64,000 nt of DNA from Spiribacter sp. (GCA_031581365.1 JAVLBI010000006.1:1858-65857), one strand, 5' to 3'. Shown: positions 17,855 through 30,142, counted from the first letter of the stretch. Notes: a model not told the origin generated them from the letters alone. Numbers and translations: made by a program.

Positions 17855-18973
17855 TTAGCCTCGCTTTTCAATGGGCACCCATGCTTGGAGCTCAGGGCCG
17901 GTGTAATCGGCACTTGGCCGGATGATGCGGTTGTTGGCGCGTTGCTCTTTGACGTGAGCGGCCCAACCGGTAAGCCGGGAGATCACGAAAATTGGTGTAA
18001 ACAACGGCGTTGGAATGCCCATAAAGTGATAGGCGCTGGCATGAAAGAAATCAGCGTTACAGAACAAGCCCTTTTCCCGGGCCATCACCGCTTCCACGCG
18101 CTCGGAGACGGGGTAGAGCTGGGTATCGCCCACTTGCTCAGCTAATCGCTTTGACCAGGCTTTAATGATGGCATTGCGCGGATCGCTGCTGCGGTAGATG
18201 GCATGGCCAAAGCCCATGACCTTCTCTTTTCGCTCGAGCATACCCATTAGCTCACGCTCAGCCTCATCTGGCGTTTGCCAATCCTCAATCATCGCCATCG
18301 CGGCCTCGTTCGCACCGCCATGCAGCGGCCCGCGCAAGGTGCCAATCGCACCGGTAATACAACTATGAATATCCGATAGGGTGGATGCGCAGGTCCGAGC
18401 CGCGAATGTTGACGCATTAAACTCATGCTCGGCATACAAAATCAACGAGGCCTGCATCACTTTAATCGACGTCTCATCGGGCGCACGATCATGCAGCAAA
18501 CGTAGAAAATGCCCGCCGGTGCTGAGCTCATCGCTGCTCGTATCAATGCGCTTGCCATCATGGCTGAATCGATACCAGTAAGCGATAATCCCGGGAAAGG
18601 CCGCCAGCATCCGGTCGATATGCCAGTCCTGCTCGCTAAAATCTGCTTCAGTCTCAAGGTTACCCAGTATTGAACAGCCGCTGCGCATCACATCCATAGG
18701 ATGGGCGCTAGCGGGGATCCGCTCGAGCACTTCCCGCAATGCAAGCGGCAATTCACGTAAGCCCTTGAGGCGCTCACGGTAAGCATCTAGCTCGGTGAGC
18801 GTTGGCAGATGGCCATAGAGTAGGAGATAGGCGACTTCTTCAAATTCGGCTTTTTCTGCCAAATCATGAATATCATAGCCACGATAAGTCAGGCCTGTGC
18901 CGGCTTGTCCCACCGTACATAAAGCGGTCTCTCCAGCGGTGATTCCCCGCAGCCCTGCGGTATTCTCAGCCAT
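17855..18973 (-). CDS. prpC: 2-methylcitrate synthase
   Basis: AGLRGITAGETALCTVG, YAEHEFNASTF, GPLHGGANE, MGFGHAIY, CNADFFHASAYH; adjacent to prpD. Confidence 0.93.
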   Translation of the reverse strand: MAENTAGLRGITAGETALCTVGQAGTGLTYRGYDIHDLAEKAEFEEVAYLLLYGHLPTLTELDAYRERLKGLRELPLALREVLERIPASAHPMDVMRSGCSILGNLETEADFSEQDWHIDRMLAAFPGIIAYWYRFSHDGKRIDTSSDELSTGGHFLRLLHDRAPDETSIKVMQASLILYAEHEFNASTFAARTCASTLSDIHSCITGAIGTLRGPLHGGANEAAMAMIEDWQTPDEAERELMGMLERKEKVMGFGHAIYRSSDPRNAIIKAWSKRLAEQVGDTQLYPVSERVEAVMAREKGLFCNADFFHASAYHFMGIPTPLFTPIFVISRLTGWAAHVKEQRANNRIIRPSADYTGPELQAWVPIEKRG

Positions 18974-19000
18974 ATCTGTCCTCCTCTGGCCGGCCGGTGT

Positions 19001-20422
19001 TTAGTTCGCTTTGTGAATCGCTCGTTTACCCACGGCGAGCGCTGCCTCATGGACCGCTTCGGAGAGCGTGGGATGCGCATGAATGGTGCGCGCTAAGTCC
19101 TCTGCACTCGCTTCGTATTCCATTGCGAGTGTGGCCTCAGCAATTAACTCACTGGTCTGTGGCCCCACCATATGGACGCCCAAGATTCGGTCAGTCTCGG
19201 CATGCGCTAAAATTTTAACCATGCCCTCGGCACGATCCATGGCATGCGCACGCCCCGTCCCCGCAAATCCAAATGTGCCACTGCGATGTGGGATACCGGC
19301 GGCTTTAAGCTGGGCTTCTGTGCGCCCAACCCAAGAGATTTCTGGATCGGTATAAATCACCCAAGGGATGGTGTCGTAATTCACATGACCGGGTTGTCCG
19401 GCAATGCGCTCAGCCACCATCACGCCCTCTTCTGAGCCTTTGTGCGCGAGCATCGGACCGCGTACGACATCACCCACGGCATAAACCCCGGGGATATTGG
19501 TTTCGCAGTAATCATCCACGTGCACAAACCCACGCTCATCGGTGAGCAGGTTGGCATCCTCAGAGGCAAGCCCCTCGGTATGCGGGCGTCTGCCCACCGA
19601 AACGATCAGCTTATCGACCGGAATGTTTTGCTTACCCTCGCTATCTTCATAGTGAACGCTAACGGTTTTGCCCTTACGGGCATCCGTCACCCGGCAGCCA
19701 AGCTTAATTTCTAGGCCCTGCTTTTCAAACAATCGGCGCGCTTCAGTCGCCACTTGCTGGTCAACTGCGGACAAAAAGCTATCCTGCGCTTCGAGTAGCA
19801 TCACTTTAGCGCCAAGCCGGCTCCATACGCTGCCCATTTCAAGGCCAATCACACCGGCACCAATCACACCAAGACGCTTAGGCACTTCTTGGAATTCTTG
19901 CGCGCCGGCAGAATCCACAATTCGATCGCCATCGAGCGGCGCTGCACCAATCTCAATCGGACGCGAGCCGGTGGCAAGGAGAACATGACCGGCACTGAGC
20001 GTTTTCGCTTTACCTTTGTGCGGCGTGAACTCAACTTCGCGATCAGCAAGTAACTTACCGTGCCCTTGCAACCACTCAATGCGGTTGGCTTTGAATAACT
20101 GTTTGATGCCGCCTGTTAGGTCAGACACCACTTTATCTTTGCGCTTAATCATCTGCGGGACATCAAGCGAGGCCCCATCCACTTTAATGCCATGACCGCT
20201 GAGTTCATGTTGCACGCGATGGTAGTGCTCAGATGAGTCCAACAGCGCTTTTGAAGGAATGCAGCCCACGTTCAGACACGTCCCGCCTAATGCTGGCTCA
20301 CCATCTTTGCGCTTGAATTCATCAATAACCGCAACACTCATGCCGAGCTGAGCGCAGCGAATAGCGCCAACGTAGCCGGCAGGGCCGGCCCCGATCACGA
20401 TAACCTCGTAGCTGTTAGCCAT
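19001..20422 (-). CDS. lpdA: Dihydrolipoamide dehydrogenase (E3 of 2-oxoglutarate dehydrogenase)
   Basis: [38 protein letters not shown]. Confidence 0.96.
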   Translation of the reverse strand: MANSYEVIVIGAGPAGYVGAIRCAQLGMSVAVIDEFKRKDGEPALGGTCLNVGCIPSKALLDSSEHYHRVQHELSGHGIKVDGASLDVPQMIKRKDKVVSDLTGGIKQLFKANRIEWLQGHGKLLADREVEFTPHKGKAKTLSAGHVLLATGSRPIEIGAAPLDGDRIVDSAGAQEFQEVPKRLGVIGAGVIGLEMGSVWSRLGAKVMLLEAQDSFLSAVDQQVATEARRLFEKQGLEIKLGCRVTDARKGKTVSVHYEDSEGKQNIPVDKLIVSVGRRPHTEGLASEDANLLTDERGFVHVDDYCETNIPGVYAVGDVVRGPMLAHKGSEEGVMVAERIAGQPGHVNYDTIPWVIYTDPEISWVGRTEAQLKAAGIPHRSGTFGFAGTGRAHAMDRAEGMVKILAHAETDRILGVHMVGPQTSELIAEATLAMEYEASAEDLARTIHAHPTLSEAVHEAALAVGKRAIHKAN

Positions 20423-20445
20423 AATGACTCCCTAAATCGGTGGGC

Positions 20446-21714
20446 TTAGACCTCTAGCAGCAATCGCGCTGGGTCTTCGAGCATGTCTTTAATCGTGACG
20501 AGAAATTGCACAGCCTCTTTACCATCAATAATTCGATGGTCGTAGGAGTGCGCCAAATACATCATTGGCCGTACGATCACTTGACCGTTCTCTACCATCG
20601 GCCGTTCCTGAATTTTATGCATGCCCAAAATCCCGCTTTGTGGGGGATTAAGAATAGGGGTAGAGAGCAGCGAGCCAAAAATCCCGCCGTTGGTGATCGT
20701 AAACGTACCGCCGGTTAATTCATCAATACCAATCTTGCCGGCTTGGGCACGTTCACCAAAATCCGCGATGCCTGATTCAATCTCAGCAAATGAGCGCTGA
20801 TCAGCATCCCGCAGCACCGGCACCATCAAGCCACGCTCACTCGATACGGCAATGCCCACATCATAATAGCCGTGATAGAGAATATCGCTGCCATCAATTG
20901 AGGCATTCACCGCTGGATAGCGCTTAAGGGCCTCAACCGCTGCTTTCACAAAAAACGACATAAAGCCAAGCTTCGTGTCATGGGATTTTAAAAACTGCTC
21001 CTTATAACGCGCCCGCAAGTCCATTACCGGTTGCATGTTCACTTCGTTAAAGGTGGTGAGCATGGCGGCCGTTTGCTGCGCTTCGACTAATCGCTCCGCA
21101 ATGCGCTGGCGTAGCCGTGTCATCGGCACACGCCGCTCTTCACGATCCTCAACGCCAGCACCAGTGGCTGGCACAGTCGCTGCACCACTAGGCGTTGCCG
21201 CGGGGGCAGGTGCGGGCGCAGGCGCAGGGCTCGGTGCAGTGGCGGCTTTTTCGACAAACTGCAAGACATCCGCTTTGAGCAAGCGCCCATTGCGCCCGGT
21301 GGCCGGGATCTGGCGCGGGTCAACCTCATGCGATTCAACTAAATGGCGAACGGCCGGACTAAGCGGCGGCATGGCAGCATTGGCTGGACTATCCGCTGCC
21401 GGCTTACTTACCACCGCCGGCGGCTCAGCTGCTTGATCAGGTTTGGCAGATTCGCCAGCGGGTGCCGCCGCGAGAGCGCCCGCATCAAGCATGGCAACGA
21501 TCTCGCCGGCCGTTACCGTTTCACCTTCGGCTTTTAGAATTTCGCCTAGCACGCCATCATCAGGGGCAGGCACTTCAAGGACCACCTTATCGGTTTCTAA
21601 ATCGACGAGATTTTCATCTCGCTCCACCGCCTCGCCGGCCTGCTTATGCCAGGTAACAACCGTTGCCTCACTGACCGACTCGGGTAGTGCTGGGACCTTG
21701 ACTTCGGTGCTCAT
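20446..21714 (-). CDS. sucB: Dihydrolipoamide succinyltransferase (E2o)
   Basis: Lipoyl motif [10 protein letters not shown], Ala/Pro linkers, [21 protein letters not shown]. Confidence 0.97.
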   Translation of the reverse strand: MSTEVKVPALPESVSEATVVTWHKQAGEAVERDENLVDLETDKVVLEVPAPDDGVLGEILKAEGETVTAGEIVAMLDAGALAAAPAGESAKPDQAAEPPAVVSKPAADSPANAAMPPLSPAVRHLVESHEVDPRQIPATGRNGRLLKADVLQFVEKAATAPSPAPAPAPAPAATPSGAATVPATGAGVEDREERRVPMTRLRQRIAERLVEAQQTAAMLTTFNEVNMQPVMDLRARYKEQFLKSHDTKLGFMSFFVKAAVEALKRYPAVNASIDGSDILYHGYYDVGIAVSSERGLMVPVLRDADQRSFAEIESGIADFGERAQAGKIGIDELTGGTFTITNGGIFGSLLSTPILNPPQSGILGMHKIQERPMVENGQVIVRPMMYLAHSYDHRIIDGKEAVQFLVTIKDMLEDPARLLLEV

Positions 21715-21734
21715 CAGCGCCTCGCTCTTTGACT

Positions 21735-24572
21735 TTATGGGTGAACCGGACCGAGTGCCTCAGCGACTAATCGCCGTTGCTGCTCGTGGTGAACCTTGGC
21801 ATATCCCACCGCTGGCGACGCGGACGGATCACGACCGGCATAGGTGAGCTTTTGCTCTCGCGTTACGCACTGAGTGAGATGATGGTAGACCTGATACCAA
21901 GCGCCTTGATTTTTTGGCTCTTCCTGACACCAGACCACGCTTTTTACGCCCTTATAACGGCGTTTCAGTAAGGCTGAAAGCTCCGCTTCAGGAAACGGGT
22001 AGAGCTGCTCGATCCGCACGAGCGCGACATCGTCATGCCCGTCGCGACGGCGTTGCTCGAGTAAATCGTAATAGACCTTGCCACTGCATAAAACGACCCG
22101 GCGTACCGCGCTTGCTTTAAGCCCCTCTGTCTCATCAATCACCACTTGGAAACGACCATCAGAGAGGTCATCCAAAACTGAGGTTGAGAGCTTATGTCGT
22201 AACAAACTCTTTGGCGTCATCACCACCAATGGCTTGCGCCAGCTTCGCAGCATTTGCCGACGAATCATGTGGAAGAACTGCGCCGGGGTTGAGGGCACGC
22301 ACACCTGGATATTTTGCTCAGCGCAAAGCTGCAAAAAGCGCTCAATCCTTGCTGAGGAGTGCTCTGGGCCTTGGCCCTCATAGCCATGCGGCAAGAACAT
22401 GGTCAGGCCACATAAACGACCCCATTTGGTCTCGCCGGAGGCGATAAACTGATCAATTAACACTTGGGCGCCATTGGCAAAATCACCAAACTGCGCCTCC
22501 CAAATCACCATGGTTTCAGGGTCGGCCGTGGCGAAGCCATATTCAAAACCAAGCACCGCCTCTTCAGAGAGCAGTGAATCAATCACAACAAAGTCATCAC
22601 TCGACTCGCCCAGCGTTTTCAAAGGCGTATGCGTCGATCCATCCAGCGCATTATGCAAAACCGAATTTCGATGGAAAAACGTACCGCGGCCTGAGTCCTG
22701 GCCGCTTAAGCGAACGCGATGACCTTCTTCTAATAAGGCCGCATAGGCCATGGTCTCGGCAAATCCCCAATCCATATCAAGCGCGCCAGCCGCCATCTTG
22801 CGGCGACTCTCCATTACGCTCGCAACGCGTGGGTTCAGCTCAAAACCCTCGGGCAAACGCAATAACTGCTCCTGCAATCGACGCACCCGATCTACCGAAA
22901 TACTGGTCGTGACCGGCTCATCCCAATTGGAATCAAAATAAGGCGACCAGTCCACCGAATAATCATTGGTTTGCGCTTCGAGCGCACCCGGCGCGACCAC
23001 CTGTTCAGCATCAAGTGCATCGCGGTAATCACGTTCAATACCTTTGGCATAATCGCCATCAATAACACCCTCAGCGACTAGCTGATCCGCATAAAGCTGG
23101 CGCACCGATGGTCGTGCTTTGATTTTCTTATACATCATCGGCTGCGTTGCCGAGGGTTCATCAGCCTCGTTATGGCCATGACGCCGATAGCAAATCAGAT
23201 CAATCACCACATCGGAATGGAATTCGCGGCGGTAGTCCATAGCAAGCTGGGTGACGAACAACACCGCCTCCGGGTCATCACCATTTACATGAAAGATAGG
23301 CGCTTGCACCATTTTGGCCACTTCAGTGCAATAAAACGTTGAGCGCGTATCAAGGGGGTTGGAAGTGGTAAAACCAATCTGGTTATTAATCACCACATGC
23401 AGCGTGCCACCGGTTGAAAAACCTCGGGCTTGAGACAGCTGAAAAGTCTCCATCACCACGCCCTGACCGGCCATAGCTGCATCACCATGAATCAGGACGG
23501 GCAAGACTGTCTCACCCATTGCATCGTTACGCCGTTGCAAGCGTGCCCGCGCTGAACCCTCGACAACCGGGTTCACAATTTCCAAATGCGATGGGTTAAA
23601 CGCCAAGGCTAGATGAAGGGGGCCACCAGGGGTGTCGATGTCTGAGGAATACCCCATGTGGTATTTCACATCACCGGCATTGGCATGCTCAGGCGCGTGC
23701 TCACCTTCAAACTCGGCAAAGAGTTCCGCCGGTGACTTGCCCATCACATTAATTAAGACATTAAGCCGGCCGCGGTGAGCCATGCCTAGCACCAACTCTT
23801 TAACGCCATGCGCTCCTCCGCGTTGGACGAGTTCATCCAATACCGGAATGGTGGCTTCACCCCCTTCCAAGGAAAAGCGCTTCTGGCCGACGTATTTGCT
23901 ATTAAGGTATTTTTCAATGCCCTCAGCAGCAGTCAGACGCTCCAATAATGCGTGTTTTTGCTCATGCGTGAGCGTGGCCTGGGCTTGGGGTTTTTCCAAT
24001 CGCTCTTGGATCCAACGCTTTTGCGCCGTATCCGTAATATGCATGAATTCCGACCCGATCTTGCCGGCATACACCGAGCGCACTAAATCAATGATTTCGC
24101 GTAGCGTTAGCCGCTCGGGCGCAAACAATGAGCCGGTATTAAATGCCGTGTCTAAATCAGCATCCGTTAGTCCATGGAAAGCAGGATCGAGATCAGGGAC
24201 TTCTGGCGCTTCACGTAAATTAAGCGGATCCGTATCGGCTCGCTGATGGCCTCGTACTCGATAACCGTTGATCAGTCGCAGTACCGCCGCTTGTTTTTGC
24301 GCGGCCATTGCGTCCATGCCCTCACCCGCCAGCACGGCTCGTCCGCGTGAGCTACTTCGGCCCATTTGCTCAAATGCTTCGCGAATCGGCCCATGCGGCA
24401 CATCGCGAACCCGGGAGGGATTGATTGACTCTAGATCACGGAAGTATTCGCGCCATTCCGACTCGACTGAGTTGGCATCATTGAGATATTGCTCGTAGAG
24501 CGCCTCAATAAAATTGGCATTGCTACCGTTTAGGTAAGAAACATTTAGCGCTTGCTCAAACGCACCATTCAT
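21735..24572 (-). CDS. sucA: 2-oxoglutarate dehydrogenase E1
   Basis: [61 protein letters not shown]. Confidence 0.98.
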   Translation of the reverse strand: MNGAFEQALNVSYLNGSNANFIEALYEQYLNDANSVESEWREYFRDLESINPSRVRDVPHGPIREAFEQMGRSSSRGRAVLAGEGMDAMAAQKQAAVLRLINGYRVRGHQRADTDPLNLREAPEVPDLDPAFHGLTDADLDTAFNTGSLFAPERLTLREIIDLVRSVYAGKIGSEFMHITDTAQKRWIQERLEKPQAQATLTHEQKHALLERLTAAEGIEKYLNSKYVGQKRFSLEGGEATIPVLDELVQRGGAHGVKELVLGMAHRGRLNVLINVMGKSPAELFAEFEGEHAPEHANAGDVKYHMGYSSDIDTPGGPLHLALAFNPSHLEIVNPVVEGSARARLQRRNDAMGETVLPVLIHGDAAMAGQGVVMETFQLSQARGFSTGGTLHVVINNQIGFTTSNPLDTRSTFYCTEVAKMVQAPIFHVNGDDPEAVLFVTQLAMDYRREFHSDVVIDLICYRRHGHNEADEPSATQPMMYKKIKARPSVRQLYADQLVAEGVIDGDYAKGIERDYRDALDAEQVVAPGALEAQTNDYSVDWSPYFDSNWDEPVTTSISVDRVRRLQEQLLRLPEGFELNPRVASVMESRRKMAAGALDMDWGFAETMAYAALLEEGHRVRLSGQDSGRGTFFHRNSVLHNALDGSTHTPLKTLGESSDDFVVIDSLLSEEAVLGFEYGFATADPETMVIWEAQFGDFANGAQVLIDQFIASGETKWGRLCGLTMFLPHGYEGQGPEHSSARIERFLQLCAEQNIQVCVPSTPAQFFHMIRRQMLRSWRKPLVVMTPKSLLRHKLSTSVLDDLSDGRFQVVIDETEGLKASAVRRVVLCSGKVYYDLLEQRRRDGHDDVALVRIEQLYPFPEAELSALLKRRYKGVKSVVWCQEEPKNQGAWYQVYHHLTQCVTREQKLTYAGRDPSASPAVGYAKVHHEQQRRLVAEALGPVHP

Positions 24573-24625
24573 GGCTGATCACCTGGCGTGTTGGCGGGAA
24601 GATCTCGTCACACGAGTTTCGCTAC

Positions 24626-24654
24626 AGAATACGCTCGAGTGACTGCATACGCAA
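24626..24654 (-). promoter_or_regulatory. Putative sigma70 promoter for sucA
   Basis: Minus strand TTGCGT-N17-TATTCT, ending 54 nt upstream of the sucA ATG. Confidence 0.55.
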
Positions 24655-24769
24655 CCGTCATGCGGCTTACAGCGTTTTAATAGAAAAATATTGCTCGGCA
24701 CTCCCTTCGGCCGCATCTATTTCTGACCTCAAGGTCAGCAATTTTGTCACCCTTACTCCATTGGATACG

Positions 24770-25552
24770 CTAGTCCTCGGGCGCTTGTGGGTCATCCTCA
24801 GGGACAACAGGCGCTGTAAACCAGCGCGAGAAGAAAATGCCAAGCTCAAACAACAGCCATACCGGCACGGCCAATAAAACCTGCGAAATCACATCCGGAG
24901 GCGTTAGCAACATACCAATCGTGAATGCAGCCACAATGACATAAGGCCGCTTGGCGGCAAGCGCTTCGCGCGTGGTTGCTCCACTGCGAACGAGCAAAAT
25001 CGTCGCAATCGGCACTTCAAATGAGGCCCCAAACGCAAAAAATAACGTCATGATGAACGATAGATATTCACCAATATCCGTCATCATTGCCACGCCATCA
25101 GGCGTCGCGGCTGCAAAAAACTGGAATATCAAAGGGAAAACGACAAAGTAGGCAAACGCCATGCCTAAGTAGAAAAGCAAAATGCTAGAAATGAGTAACG
25201 GCCAGATCAGCTGTTTTTCTTGGCGATAGAGCCCCGGTGCCACAAATGCCCACAGCTGATAGAGCAAATACGGAATGCTGACAAAAAACGCACCCACCAG
25301 GGCGACTTTGAGTGGGATTAAAAACGGCGTTGCCACTTGTGTAGCAATCATCGTTGCGCCCTCAGGCAAGACAGCCATTAGCGGTCCGGCTAGCGCCGCA
25401 TAAATTTCTTCGCGGAAGGGATAAGCGATGAGAAAAAACACCAACACAACACCAGCGGCATGCATTAAGCGTGTCCGCAGCTCAAGCAAATGCGCTAGCA
25501 GCGGACGCTCCTCGTCTTGATAGTCACTACCGGGGGCGTTAGTGCTCACCAT
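24770..25552 (-). CDS. tatC: Twin-arginine translocase subunit TatC
   Basis: PLLAHLLELRTRL, LWAFVAPGLY, RPYVIVAAF, LTPPDVISQ. Start at ATG 25552 (or GTG 25549) rather than 25750. Confidence 0.95.
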   Translation of the reverse strand: MVSTNAPGSDYQDEERPLLAHLLELRTRLMHAAGVVLVFFLIAYPFREEIYAALAGPLMAVLPEGATMIATQVATPFLIPLKVALVGAFFVSIPYLLYQLWAFVAPGLYRQEKQLIWPLLISSILLFYLGMAFAYFVVFPLIFQFFAAATPDGVAMMTDIGEYLSFIMTLFFAFGASFEVPIATILLVRSGATTREALAAKRPYVIVAAFTIGMLLTPPDVISQVLLAVPVWLLFELGIFFSRWFTAPVVPEDDPQAPED

Positions 25553-25844
25553 CGTCCTTTGACTGTTTTGTTGACGTCGTCGTTGATTGCGTCGTCGAGT
25601 TAACCGCCTCGTTAACTTCTCGCTCAGTCTCTCGAGCCTTGCGATTGACCGCATCCCGAGTCTCACGCAAGCCCTCAGCGTTGACCTCGCGCTCGACCTC
25701 ATCACGAACTGACTGAAAAGACGCCCGCGCGCGCCCCATCCACAGCCCAATGGTGCGGACTAAACGCGGTAGTCGCTCAGGCCCCACCACCACCAGCGCG
25801 ATCGCGGCAATGATGAGCAGCTCCCAAAAACTGACATCGAACAT
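25539..25844 (-). CDS. tatB: Twin-arginine translocase subunit TatB
   Basis: MFDVSFWELLIIAAIALVVVGPERLP. Confidence 0.96.
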   Translation of the reverse strand: MFDVSFWELLIIAAIALVVVGPERLPRLVRTIGLWMGRARASFQSVRDEVEREVNAEGLRETRDAVNRKARETEREVNEAVNSTTQSTTTSTKQSKDDGEH

Positions 25845-25865
25845 GGGCGGCTAAGCAGCGCGCAA

Positions 25866-26129
25866 TCAGGCGCCGCCGCTACGATCTTTCTCGTCGACCT
25901 TATCACGGTGCGCCGTCTGCGCATCGGCATCGTCTTCGTTAGCGCTGTCTTCAAGACTGTCTTTCGCCGCTTTGGCTTCTTTTTCGCCGTCACTCATCGC
26001 GCTCTTAAAGCCTTTTAACGCTCCGCCTAAATCGGTGCCAACGTTACGCAGCTTTTTTGTACCAAAGAGCAACAACACAATGACCAAAATTAAAATCAGT
26101 GACCAGGGACTAATACCACCAGGACCCAT
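25866..26129 (-). CDS. tatA: Twin-arginine translocase subunit TatA
   Basis: [38 protein letters not shown]; GGAGG RBS. Confidence 0.96.
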   Translation of the reverse strand: MGPGGISPWSLILILVIVLLLFGTKKLRNVGTDLGGALKGFKSAMSDGEKEAKAAKDSLEDSANEDDADAQTAHRDKVDEKDRSGGA

Positions 26130-26160
26130 GACGGATTACCTCCAAAAACAAGCGGGCAAG

Positions 26161-26487
26161 TTAGCCCATTTTATTACGTGCTGCTTTCTCATCTAGGCCC
26201 GAGAGCCCAAATCGCCGCTCAAGCTCCGCTAGTACTTCCGCGGGCTCGAGACCGCAGTGTGACAGCATTATTAAGCTATGGAACCACAGATCAGCGGTTT
26301 CATAAACGATTGCTTCATGCTCGGCGTTTTTTGCCGCCACAATCGTTTCTGCGCACTCTTCACCAAGCTTACGCAAAATTCGATCAAGCCCGGCGGCATG
26401 CAAGCTCGCAACATAGGATTGCTCAGGGTCAGCATCCCGGCGCTCTTTGAGTACGCCAGCGAGCTTTTTTAATACCTCATCACTCAT
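26161..26487 (-). CDS. hisE: Phosphoribosyl-ATP pyrophosphohydrolase
   Basis: [23 protein letters not shown]. Confidence 0.95.
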   Translation of the reverse strand: MSDEVLKKLAGVLKERRDADPEQSYVASLHAAGLDRILRKLGEECAETIVAAKNAEHEAIVYETADLWFHSLIMLSHCGLEPAEVLAELERRFGLSGLDEKAARNKMG

Positions 26488-26875
26488 GTTGCTTATCTCC
26501 GTAAACGGCCGCCGGATCTTTAATCACCGGCTCAGCGGCCTGCCACTGCGCATCCACTAAGCGCTGATAGAAACAACTCCGCCGGCCCGTATGGCAAGCC
26601 ACACCACCTTGCTGTTCGACTTGCAACAACAAGGTATCGCCATCGCAATCAAGCGCGATATCTTTAACCCGCTGGATATGCCCGGAGCGCTCACCCTTCT
26701 GCCACAAAGCTTGCCGTGAGCGCGACCAATACACCGCCTCGCCCCGCTCAAGAGTTTGTCTTAGCGCTTCTTGATTCATCCAAGCTAACATCAGCACACG
26801 GCCATCGGCGACATCTTGAGCAATCACCGGGACTAGGCCATCGGCATTCCAGCGCACAGCATCCAATTCACTCAC
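26480..26875 (-). CDS. hisI: Phosphoribosyl-AMP cyclohydrolase
   Basis: [32 protein letters not shown]. Confidence 0.95.
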   Translation of the reverse strand: MSELDAVRWNADGLVPVIAQDVADGRVLMLAWMNQEALRQTLERGEAVYWSRSRQALWQKGERSGHIQRVKDIALDCDGDTLLLQVEQQGGVACHTGRRSCFYQRLVDAQWQAAEPVIKDPAAVYGDKQHE

Positions 26876-27645
26876 TGACGCACCTCTATACCCGCGTTCG
26901 CCATAAAGTCTTTTGCCTCGCCAACACTATGCTCGCCAAAGTGGAAAATGCTAGCGGCTAAAACCGCATCGGCATGACCCTCGAGCACGCCATCGGCAAG
27001 ATGCTGCAGGTTGCCAACCCCGCCTGAGGCAATGAGCGGCACTGCTACTCGATCAGATAATGCCCGATTTAATGCATTATCAAAGCCAATACGCGTGCCA
27101 TCGCGGTCCATGCTGGTCACCAACAATTCGCCGGCGCCATCGCCAGCCATACGCTCTGCCCACTCAATAGCATCTAATCCCGTTGGCCTGCGCCCACCAT
27201 GGGTGAATACCTCCCATTGCGGTTGTACATCCGTTCCTCCGGTGCGCTTGGCGTCAATCGCCACCACAATGCACTGCGAGCCAAAACGCTCGGCGGCCTC
27301 ACGCACAAGCTCAGGCGCATGAATGGCCGCGGTATTGATAGCCACTTTATCGGCACCCGCATTGAGCATGCGGCGGACATCGGCGATGGAGCGAATACCT
27401 CCGCCCACGGTGAGTGGAATGAATACCTCAGCGGCAACCGCCTCAACCATCGACACCATCGTGTCGCGCTGTTCATGGCTCGCGCCAATATCGAGAAACG
27501 TAATTTCATCGGCTCCTGCCCGATCATAGCGCCGCGCAATCTCTACCGGATCCCCCGCATCGCGAATATCCACAAACTTAACGCCCTTAACAACGCGTCC
27601 GCCGTCAATGTCTAAACACGGAATAATGCGTCGCGCGAGGCCCAT
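26872..27645 (-). CDS. hisF: Imidazole glycerol phosphate synthase cyclase subunit
   Basis: [40 protein letters not shown]. Confidence 0.97.
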   Translation of the reverse strand: MGLARRIIPCLDIDGGRVVKGVKFVDIRDAGDPVEIARRYDRAGADEITFLDIGASHEQRDTMVSMVEAVAAEVFIPLTVGGGIRSIADVRRMLNAGADKVAINTAAIHAPELVREAAERFGSQCIVVAIDAKRTGGTDVQPQWEVFTHGGRRPTGLDAIEWAERMAGDGAGELLVTSMDRDGTRIGFDNALNRALSDRVAVPLIASGGVGNLQHLADGVLEGHADAVLAASIFHFGEHSVGEAKDFMANAGIEVRQ

Positions 27646-27647
27646 CG

Positions 27648-28388
27648 TCAGACGCCTGCAAGCGCATCGGCGAGGCGCTGCGCCGCATTTAAATCAATAC
27701 GGCCTTCATACAGCGCACGGCCCACGATTGCGCCACTAATGCCAGCATCTGCCGCCGCGCAAAGCGCGCGGACATCATCAAGCGCGCTCACTCCGCCGGA
27801 GGCAATCACCGGAATATTAATCGCCCTTGCTAGCGCAGCGGTGGCCTGAACATTCACGCCCCGCAGCATTCCATCCCGACCAATATCCGTAAACACGATT
27901 GATTCAACACCGGCATCTTCAAACCGTTTGGCTAGATCGCTTGCCGCTGTCTCTGAGACTTCTGCCCAACCATCGGTAGCCACCCGACCATCGCGAGCAT
28001 CTAATCCCACCATGATATGACCGGGAAACTCCAAGCAAGCATCGTCTACAAAGTGGGGCTCGCGCAGGGCCTGTGTGCCAATGATGGTGTAATTAACCCC
28101 CACATCCAAGTACGCCTGAATCACTTCAAATTTACGAATACCGCCGCCAACCTGAATCTCAAGATTGGGGTGACGCTCTGCAATTTGACCAATGAGATCT
28201 GCATTCAGCGGAAACCCCTGAATAGCGCCATCCAAATCCACAATATGCAAACGCCGAGCGCCTGCCGCGACCCAGCGATTGGCGATCTCAACCGGATCAT
28301 CTGAGAAAATTGTCTCCTCATCCATGCGCCCCTGGCGCAGGCGCACACATTTGCCATCTTTAAGGTCAATGGCGGGTATTAACTGCAT
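27648..28388 (-). CDS. hisA: ProFAR isomerase
   Basis: [44 protein letters not shown]; TGATG overlap with hisH. Confidence 0.96.
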   Translation of the reverse strand: MQLIPAIDLKDGKCVRLRQGRMDEETIFSDDPVEIANRWVAAGARRLHIVDLDGAIQGFPLNADLIGQIAERHPNLEIQVGGGIRKFEVIQAYLDVGVNYTIIGTQALREPHFVDDACLEFPGHIMVGLDARDGRVATDGWAEVSETAASDLAKRFEDAGVESIVFTDIGRDGMLRGVNVQATAALARAINIPVIASGGVSALDDVRALCAAADAGISGAIVGRALYEGRIDLNAAQRLADALAGV

Positions 28389-29017
28389 CAATCTCCATCC
28401 CAAGATAAGAAGTTTTCTAAAAGCCGAAGCCCAGGTTGCTGGCTTTTTTCCGGATGAAACTGGGTAGCAAAAACATTCGCCTTGCCAATGGCCGCCGCAA
28501 ATGCCTCGCCATAGGTACTTTGCCCCTGCACGATGGCCGGATCCTGGGGTGCGACGTAGTAACTATGCACAAAGTAAAAGCGTTCATCTTGGGCAATGCC
28601 CTGCCATAACGGGTGATCAGCCGTTTGATGCACCTGATTCCAGCCCATATGTGGAATTTTTAATGCGGTATTGCCTTGGGTCAGCTCACGAAAATGCCGC
28701 ACGCGACCGGCAAAATGCCCCAACGCGGCCACGCCTTGGTTCTCTTCGCTCTCGCTCATGAGCGCCTGCATGCCCATACAAATGCCTAAAAACGGCCGAC
28801 TCGCCATTGCCTGGGTGAGTGCATCAATGAGCTCATAGCGATGGAGCGCGCTCATACAATCCCGCACGGCCCCTTGGCCGGGGAAAACCACGCGATCGGC
28901 GGCGAGGATTTCTTCCGGTTGAGTGCTCAGCGTGAGCGCTTTGGCACCCACAAACTCTAGCGCCCGGAGCACTGAGCGCAAATTGCCCATGCCGTAATCA
29001 ATGACCGCCGTTCTCAT
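28388..29017 (-). CDS. hisH: Imidazole glycerol phosphate synthase glutaminase subunit
   Basis: [38 protein letters not shown]. Confidence 0.97.
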   Translation of the reverse strand: MRTAVIDYGMGNLRSVLRALEFVGAKALTLSTQPEEILAADRVVFPGQGAVRDCMSALHRYELIDALTQAMASRPFLGICMGMQALMSESEENQGVAALGHFAGRVRHFRELTQGNTALKIPHMGWNQVHQTADHPLWQGIAQDERFYFVHSYYVAPQDPAIVQGQSTYGEAFAAAIGKANVFATQFHPEKSQQPGLRLLENFLSWDGD

Positions 29018-29042
29018 GCACTGTGCCTTTGCTTAGTAACGC

Positions 29043-29639
29043 TCAGAGTGCCCCCTTGGTTGAGGGCAGGGCATCTTCGGCTAGCCCGGCATCCCGCGCA
29101 CAAGCCATCCGTAATGCACGCCCCGCGGCTTTAAACAGGGTCTCCGCGATGTGGTGGGCGTTATCACCAGCGAGGGCATCCATATGCATCGTCACCCCGG
29201 CATGGTTAACAAACCCTTGCCAGAACTCCGCCACCAAATCGGTATCCAAGTCACCCACTCGCTCAACCGGAAAGGCGGCACGAAAATACAGACCTGGACG
29301 TCCTGATAAATCCACAACGACTCGCGATAAGGCCTCATCGAGTGGACAAAAAGCGTGGCCATAACGCACTAAGCCACGTTTTTCACCCAGTGCTTGAGCG
29401 AATGCTTGGCCTAACGTAATTCCCACATCCTCAACGGTGTGGTGGGCATCAATATGCAAATCCCCGTCAGCAGCAACCGCGATATCAAACAACCCGTGAC
29501 GGCTGAGTTGATCCAACATATGATCAAAAAACCCTACGCCTGTCTGCCGCTCACCCGCGCCCGAGCCATCCAAATCGATACTGACCTGAATACGCGTCTC
29601 TAGGGTGTTGCGCTCTACCTTGGCTTTACGTTCACTCAT
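29043..29639 (-). CDS. hisB: Imidazoleglycerol-phosphate dehydratase (monofunctional)
   Basis: [36 protein letters not shown]. Confidence 0.97.
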   Translation of the reverse strand: MSERKAKVERNTLETRIQVSIDLDGSGAGERQTGVGFFDHMLDQLSRHGLFDIAVAADGDLHIDAHHTVEDVGITLGQAFAQALGEKRGLVRYGHAFCPLDEALSRVVVDLSGRPGLYFRAAFPVERVGDLDTDLVAEFWQGFVNHAGVTMHMDALAGDNAHHIAETLFKAAGRALRMACARDAGLAEDALPSTKGAL

Positions 29640-29669
29640 CAGCTTCTACCCCGATTACTAACGCAAGGC

Positions 29670-29678
29670 AGGATAGCA
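29670..29678 (-). promoter_or_regulatory. Possible extended -10 internal promoter for hisB-tatC
   Basis: Minus strand TG-C-TATCCT in the 44-nt dtd-hisB gap; no recognisable -35. Confidence 0.3.
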
Positions 29679-29683
29679 CGCTG

Positions 29684-30142
29684 TCAAGCTGATCGTGAGC
29701 GAGGCGGGGCTTCTAACCAAAAGGTCACCGGGCCATCATTGCAAAGCTCAACCTGCATATCAGCTGCAAATACCCCACAGCCTACCGTTGGATGTTGTTG
29801 TTGGGCATGATCACAAAGCCATGCAAAAAGGGCGTTTGCCTCAGCCGGCGAGGCCGCTGGTGAAAACCCGGGCCGCGAACCACGCTGAGTATCTGCGGCT
29901 AGGGTGAACTGCGGGACCAACAAAAGCCCGCCCTGTACATCAGTGAGGCTTTGGTTCATGCGCCCATGGGCATCGGCGAAGATACGATAACCGAGCACGC
30001 GCTCGAGCAAACGCGCCGCACTTGCCTCGGTATCGCCACGCTGCACGCCCACCAGCACAAGCAAACCCTGATCAATCGCGGCGAGCGTTTGCTCATCAAC
30101 ACGCACCTGAGCGTGACGCACACGTTGTAATAGCCCGATCAT
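29684..30142 (-). CDS. dtd: D-aminoacyl-tRNA deacylase
   Basis: MIGLLQRVRHAQV, VPQFTLAAD, RPGFS, NDGPVTFW. Confidence 0.95.
   Translation of the reverse strand: MIGLLQRVRHAQVRVDEQTLAAIDQGLLVLVGVQRGDTEASAARLLERVLGYRIFADAHGRMNQSLTDVQGGLLLVPQFTLAADTQRGSRPGFSPAASPAEANALFAWLCDHAQQQHPTVGCGVFAADMQVELCNDGPVTFWLEAPPRSRSA

Noticed and set aside
24604-24738. Short hairpins in the tatC-sucA gap (24604-24616, 24723-24738) as a sucA RNA motif or terminator
   Set aside because: Only 5-6 bp stems, no U tract, and no consensus I can recognise.
25553-25750. 66-aa N-terminal extension of TatC in the ORF track; similar extensions on ntrY (36604), dprA (40261), topA (41938), tsaC (44258) and aceF (50362)
   Set aside because: They overlap the neighbouring real genes in another frame and precede the conserved N-termini; downstream starts fit homology or RBS/overlap geometry better.
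29682-29687. Perfect TTGACA upstream of hisB
   Set aside because: Only 6 nt from the TATCCT hexamer and no -10 at 16-18 nt spacing; it simply overlaps the dtd stop.
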